Source: a virus (lineage: Duplodnaviria; Caudoviricetes). Taken from it: a stretch of 48,343 nucleotides of DNA. The translations under genes and the position numbers were made by a program. Under the pieces are notes generated by a model. It saw nothing but the letters and a program-made list of their open reading frames with translations. It did not search any database and had not been told where the DNA came from. The stretch is taken from the IMG/VR virus record IMGVR_UViG_3300013885_000007, positions 1-48,343 of that record. One strand, given 5' to 3'. Shown one piece after another: positions 45,795 to 48,343 of the stretch (positions within the stretch are counted from its first letter, which is position 1; each line of letters begins with the position of its first letter).

Positions 45795-47273
45795 ATGATT
45801 CCCGTAAGCGATGCTTATAAATTAGCGATAAATGCGGATGTGCGAAATATCAAGCCCAGGGTGCTGGTCTACTTCGACGGAGATAATCAGCCTCCGGTAG
45901 AATTTGACGAAGACACCGTTGTGGATATCCAACTATTGGAAGAGGCCCGGGCGGAATCAGAAAGTCCCTTGGGCCTGGTGTCGGCGAATGAATTGACAAT
46001 TAGCTTCAAAAACGACGACCGGGCTTTTACGCCGACAAACCCGGCCAGCCCGTACTACGGAAAGCTGCGTCCAAATGTGCTGGTCAAGCCTTACCTGGGC
46101 CTGGAAACTTCGCCCGGCGTGTTCGAGTGGGTGCCCCTGGGTGTGTTCCGCACCGGGGACTGGTCGACGCCGTCTGACAGCGTGGAGGCGACTGTCACCT
46201 GTTACGATAAGCTGTACAAGTTGGACAACAAAGATGTGCCCATGCTGCCGGTGATTGTTGAAACTACTGTATACGAGCTGCTTGAAATGTTATTTCAGGC
46301 TTTAGGATTATCTTCCGGCGATTATGCCATCGATCCTGGTCTGAACCAGCCGGTCCAAATCGGCTGGTTACCCAAGGGCAAGGTAAAAAATGCGTTTCAG
46401 ACTCTGGCCGTGGCCGGGAACTGCAGCATAATGGCGGACCGTTACGGAATTATTCAGGTACGGAACAACTTTGTTAGTGGCAGTCCAGTTGCGGTGCTGA
46501 CCGATAACGATCAGATAATCATAGCTGAAAACCCGCAAAGATATTTGGATACGTATAACGTCGTCAAAGTCGACTACAAATTGCCCTATCTCAAGCCGTT
46601 AGATTCCTTGCTAAAAATTGACTCCTTGATCATACCCAATGGTGGCATAATTCTACAGGGCATCGAATTCACCGACGGCCCTGTAGCGACTATTCACCAG
46701 GTAAAACTCATTGGTGCAAAAAACGCTACTATAACTTCGGTACAGTACGGCGCTTGGGCGATAACAATTGAAATTGCGAATCCCGGTCCGGATGAAACTG
46801 TCAGCCTGGAAGTCACCGGCAGGGCCGTGGACGTGATTAATTCGACTTATACCGCACGGGACAATGAGGCGGTGGCCCTGTGGGAAGAAAAGGAACTGAA
46901 GATAAATAACCCTCTGATACAGGACTTGAACACGGCAAAATCCTACGCCGATGCTCTCCTACAGTGGGTAAAAGACCCGTATGTGAACTTCAGCCTGGAC
47001 CTCCGGGGAAATCCTTCCCTAGAGGTTGGAGACATAATCGAAGTCCAGGACGCGGTAGACAAAATCGGCGATGTTGCTCTGGTACCCATCCGCATTACTC
47101 TGGATTACGACGGGGCATTGGAAGCGAAAATGGAAGCCAGGAAACCAATTTTGCCTTACCAGTGGACTTTTGTCTCGCCCGGATTATGTATTTTCACGTC
47201 CTATAGAACAACTGAAAGCATTGAGGAATATATTTTTGTTTCTCCTGGATTACCAGCAAAAATAAGGAGGTAA
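45795..47273 (+). CDS. Baseplate hub/tail-tip protein
   Basis: E.VPLGVF, I.NPLIQ, RGNPSLEVGD. Confidence 0.75.
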   Translation: MIPVSDAYKLAINADVRNIKPRVLVYFDGDNQPPVEFDEDTVVDIQLLEEARAESESPLGLVSANELTISFKNDDRAFTPTNPASPYYGKLRPNVLVKPYLGLETSPGVFEWVPLGVFRTGDWSTPSDSVEATVTCYDKLYKLDNKDVPMLPVIVETTVYELLEMLFQALGLSSGDYAIDPGLNQPVQIGWLPKGKVKNAFQTLAVAGNCSIMADRYGIIQVRNNFVSGSPVAVLTDNDQIIIAENPQRYLDTYNVVKVDYKLPYLKPLDSLLKIDSLIIPNGGIILQGIEFTDGPVATIHQVKLIGAKNATITSVQYGAWAITIEIANPGPDETVSLEVTGRAVDVINSTYTARDNEAVALWEEKELKINNPLIQDLNTAKSYADALLQWVKDPYVNFSLDLRGNPSLEVGDIIEVQDAVDKIGDVALVPIRITLDYDGALEAKMEARKPILPYQWTFVSPGLCIFTSYRTTESIEEYIFVSPGLPAKIRR

Positions 47274-47277
47274 TAGT

Positions 47278-48015
47278 ATGGCAAACTTACTGCTTGACGA
47301 TGCCGGTAGGCCGAAACCGCAAGTAGAAAATGCCGCTGGTACTGGATTTGAGGCCTGGAAAGGTGAGAACAATGCAGGGAGAATCACCGGCGATATTGAC
47401 CATGATGCCGTTGATGCCGGCAAGCCGGTTAAGATAGGTGGTAAGGCCGCTGACCCTGCTACTTTACCCGCTGACGTAGCTACTGGTGATCGAGTTAATG
47501 CACTATTCGATTTGAAGGGCCGGTTGTTCACAAGAATGGACATCGCTCCGCCTTTGTCGACCGGTGCGGCTACGGAAGCAAAGCAGGATTCCATTATCGG
47601 GTACATTGATACCCTTGAAACGTTGCTCACAGCCATAAAAGACATCGACGGTGTAAAGAAGATTACCGACCCCGTCAGGTTAGCTTACGAAAACCTAACT
47701 ATCCTGACAAGTCAGGCTCGGACGGTTTCCGGGACGTCTGCCGAATTCACCGTCGGCAATTACAAGGAAGCGAGTTTCTTTTTGAACGTCACCGCCGTAA
47801 GCGGTACTGCACCTACATTGGACGTTGTAATCCAGACAAAAGATCCGGTGAGCGGCGAGTGGTTTGACATTGTGACATTCACCCAGGCAACGGGGGTTAC
47901 TAAAGAACGTAAGGCGGATAAGACTATTGACATTGGCAGCGTGATCAGGGCTAGCTACACGATCGGAGGCACTACCCCGTCGTTTACATTCAGCCTGGGC
48001 GCAGTGGTGAAGTGA
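47278..48015 (+). CDS. Putative tail appendage protein with a C-terminal beta-sandwich domain
   Basis: AAGGAGG RBS; C-terminal domain resembles 35663..36076. Confidence 0.7.
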   Translation: MANLLLDDAGRPKPQVENAAGTGFEAWKGENNAGRITGDIDHDAVDAGKPVKIGGKAADPATLPADVATGDRVNALFDLKGRLFTRMDIAPPLSTGAATEAKQDSIIGYIDTLETLLTAIKDIDGVKKITDPVRLAYENLTILTSQARTVSGTSAEFTVGNYKEASFFLNVTAVSGTAPTLDVVIQTKDPVSGEWFDIVTFTQATGVTKERKADKTIDIGSVIRASYTIGGTTPSFTFSLGAVVK

Positions 48016-48016
48016 G

Positions 48017-48343
48017 ATGCCCGAACTCTACAGCGCCAATAAACTCACAAACCCCTCAGCCGAATCGGGCCTGGCCGGCTGGACCACCTCCGGCGTTACC
48101 GTTGTTGACGGCGGCACAGACGGAAGCAAATGTTTCCGCCTTGACCCAGCGGCCAGTATGTATCAGGAGAAGACCGGCCTGGGCCAGCCGCCGGATTTTC
48201 TGGTTGCTATTGACTTTTTGCCAGAGTATGAACCGCCGGAAAATGAAATTGAAGTGCGGGCATATTTGAAGCTCGAGTTTGAGTACGGCGACGGCAGCAA
48301 GGATACTTTTATTTTGCCGTGCCGGGCTGAGGTGGTGGAATAG
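48017..48343 (+). CDS. Tail-tip protein with a carbohydrate-binding-module-like start
   Basis: N.LTNPSAESG..GWT motif. Confidence 0.6.
   Translation: MPELYSANKLTNPSAESGLAGWTTSGVTVVDGGTDGSKCFRLDPAASMYQEKTGLGQPPDFLVAIDFLPEYEPPENEIEVRAYLKLEFEYGDGSKDTFILPCRAEVVE

Larger units (their letters stand above)
1..48343. mobile_element. Temperate prophage (siphovirus-like), right end beyond window
   Basis: Canonical order integrase - immunity - replication - terminase - portal - capsid - tail, starting at a tRNA. Confidence 0.97.

Noticed and set aside
1-48343. CRISPR array, type IV CRISPR (prompted by DinG), or DGR/retron
   Set aside because: No regularly spaced repeat-spacer array, no cas-like genes and no reverse transcriptase motif seen.

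Overview
The window is the left ~48 kb of a temperate siphovirus-like prophage. The host is probably a spore-forming Firmicute of the Clostridia type (inferred from sigmaA/sigmaH-like promoters, a LexA box and an ImmA/ImmR switch). It starts in the 3' half of a tRNA-Glu-like gene that overlaps the end of a large serine integrase. It then runs through immunity (HsdR-N-like moron, ImmA, ImmR, Cro), a long early region (SSB-like protein, DinG, split SbcCD, SF2 helicase, ParB-family protein, CHC2 zinc-finger plus DUF927 helicase with an iteron origin, RuvC-like resolvase, late activator), packaging and HK97-type head genes, and the tail module, ending in the tail-tip genes; no lysis genes or right attachment site are visible. 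Two unexplained systems stand out. (1) An orphan ParB/Noc-family protein with three copies of the perfect palindrome TATTTCACGTGAAATA, a hybrid of parS and the Noc-binding site that matches the protein's Q/R/K/G specificity residues. (2) A ~2.3 kb insert in the tail operon: an AT-rich, repeat-bounded C-terminal cassette fused to a putative virion gene, next to a tyrosine recombinase that has a LexA-like box and a kissing-loop RNA leader. All calls come from reading motifs by eye; no database searches were run.
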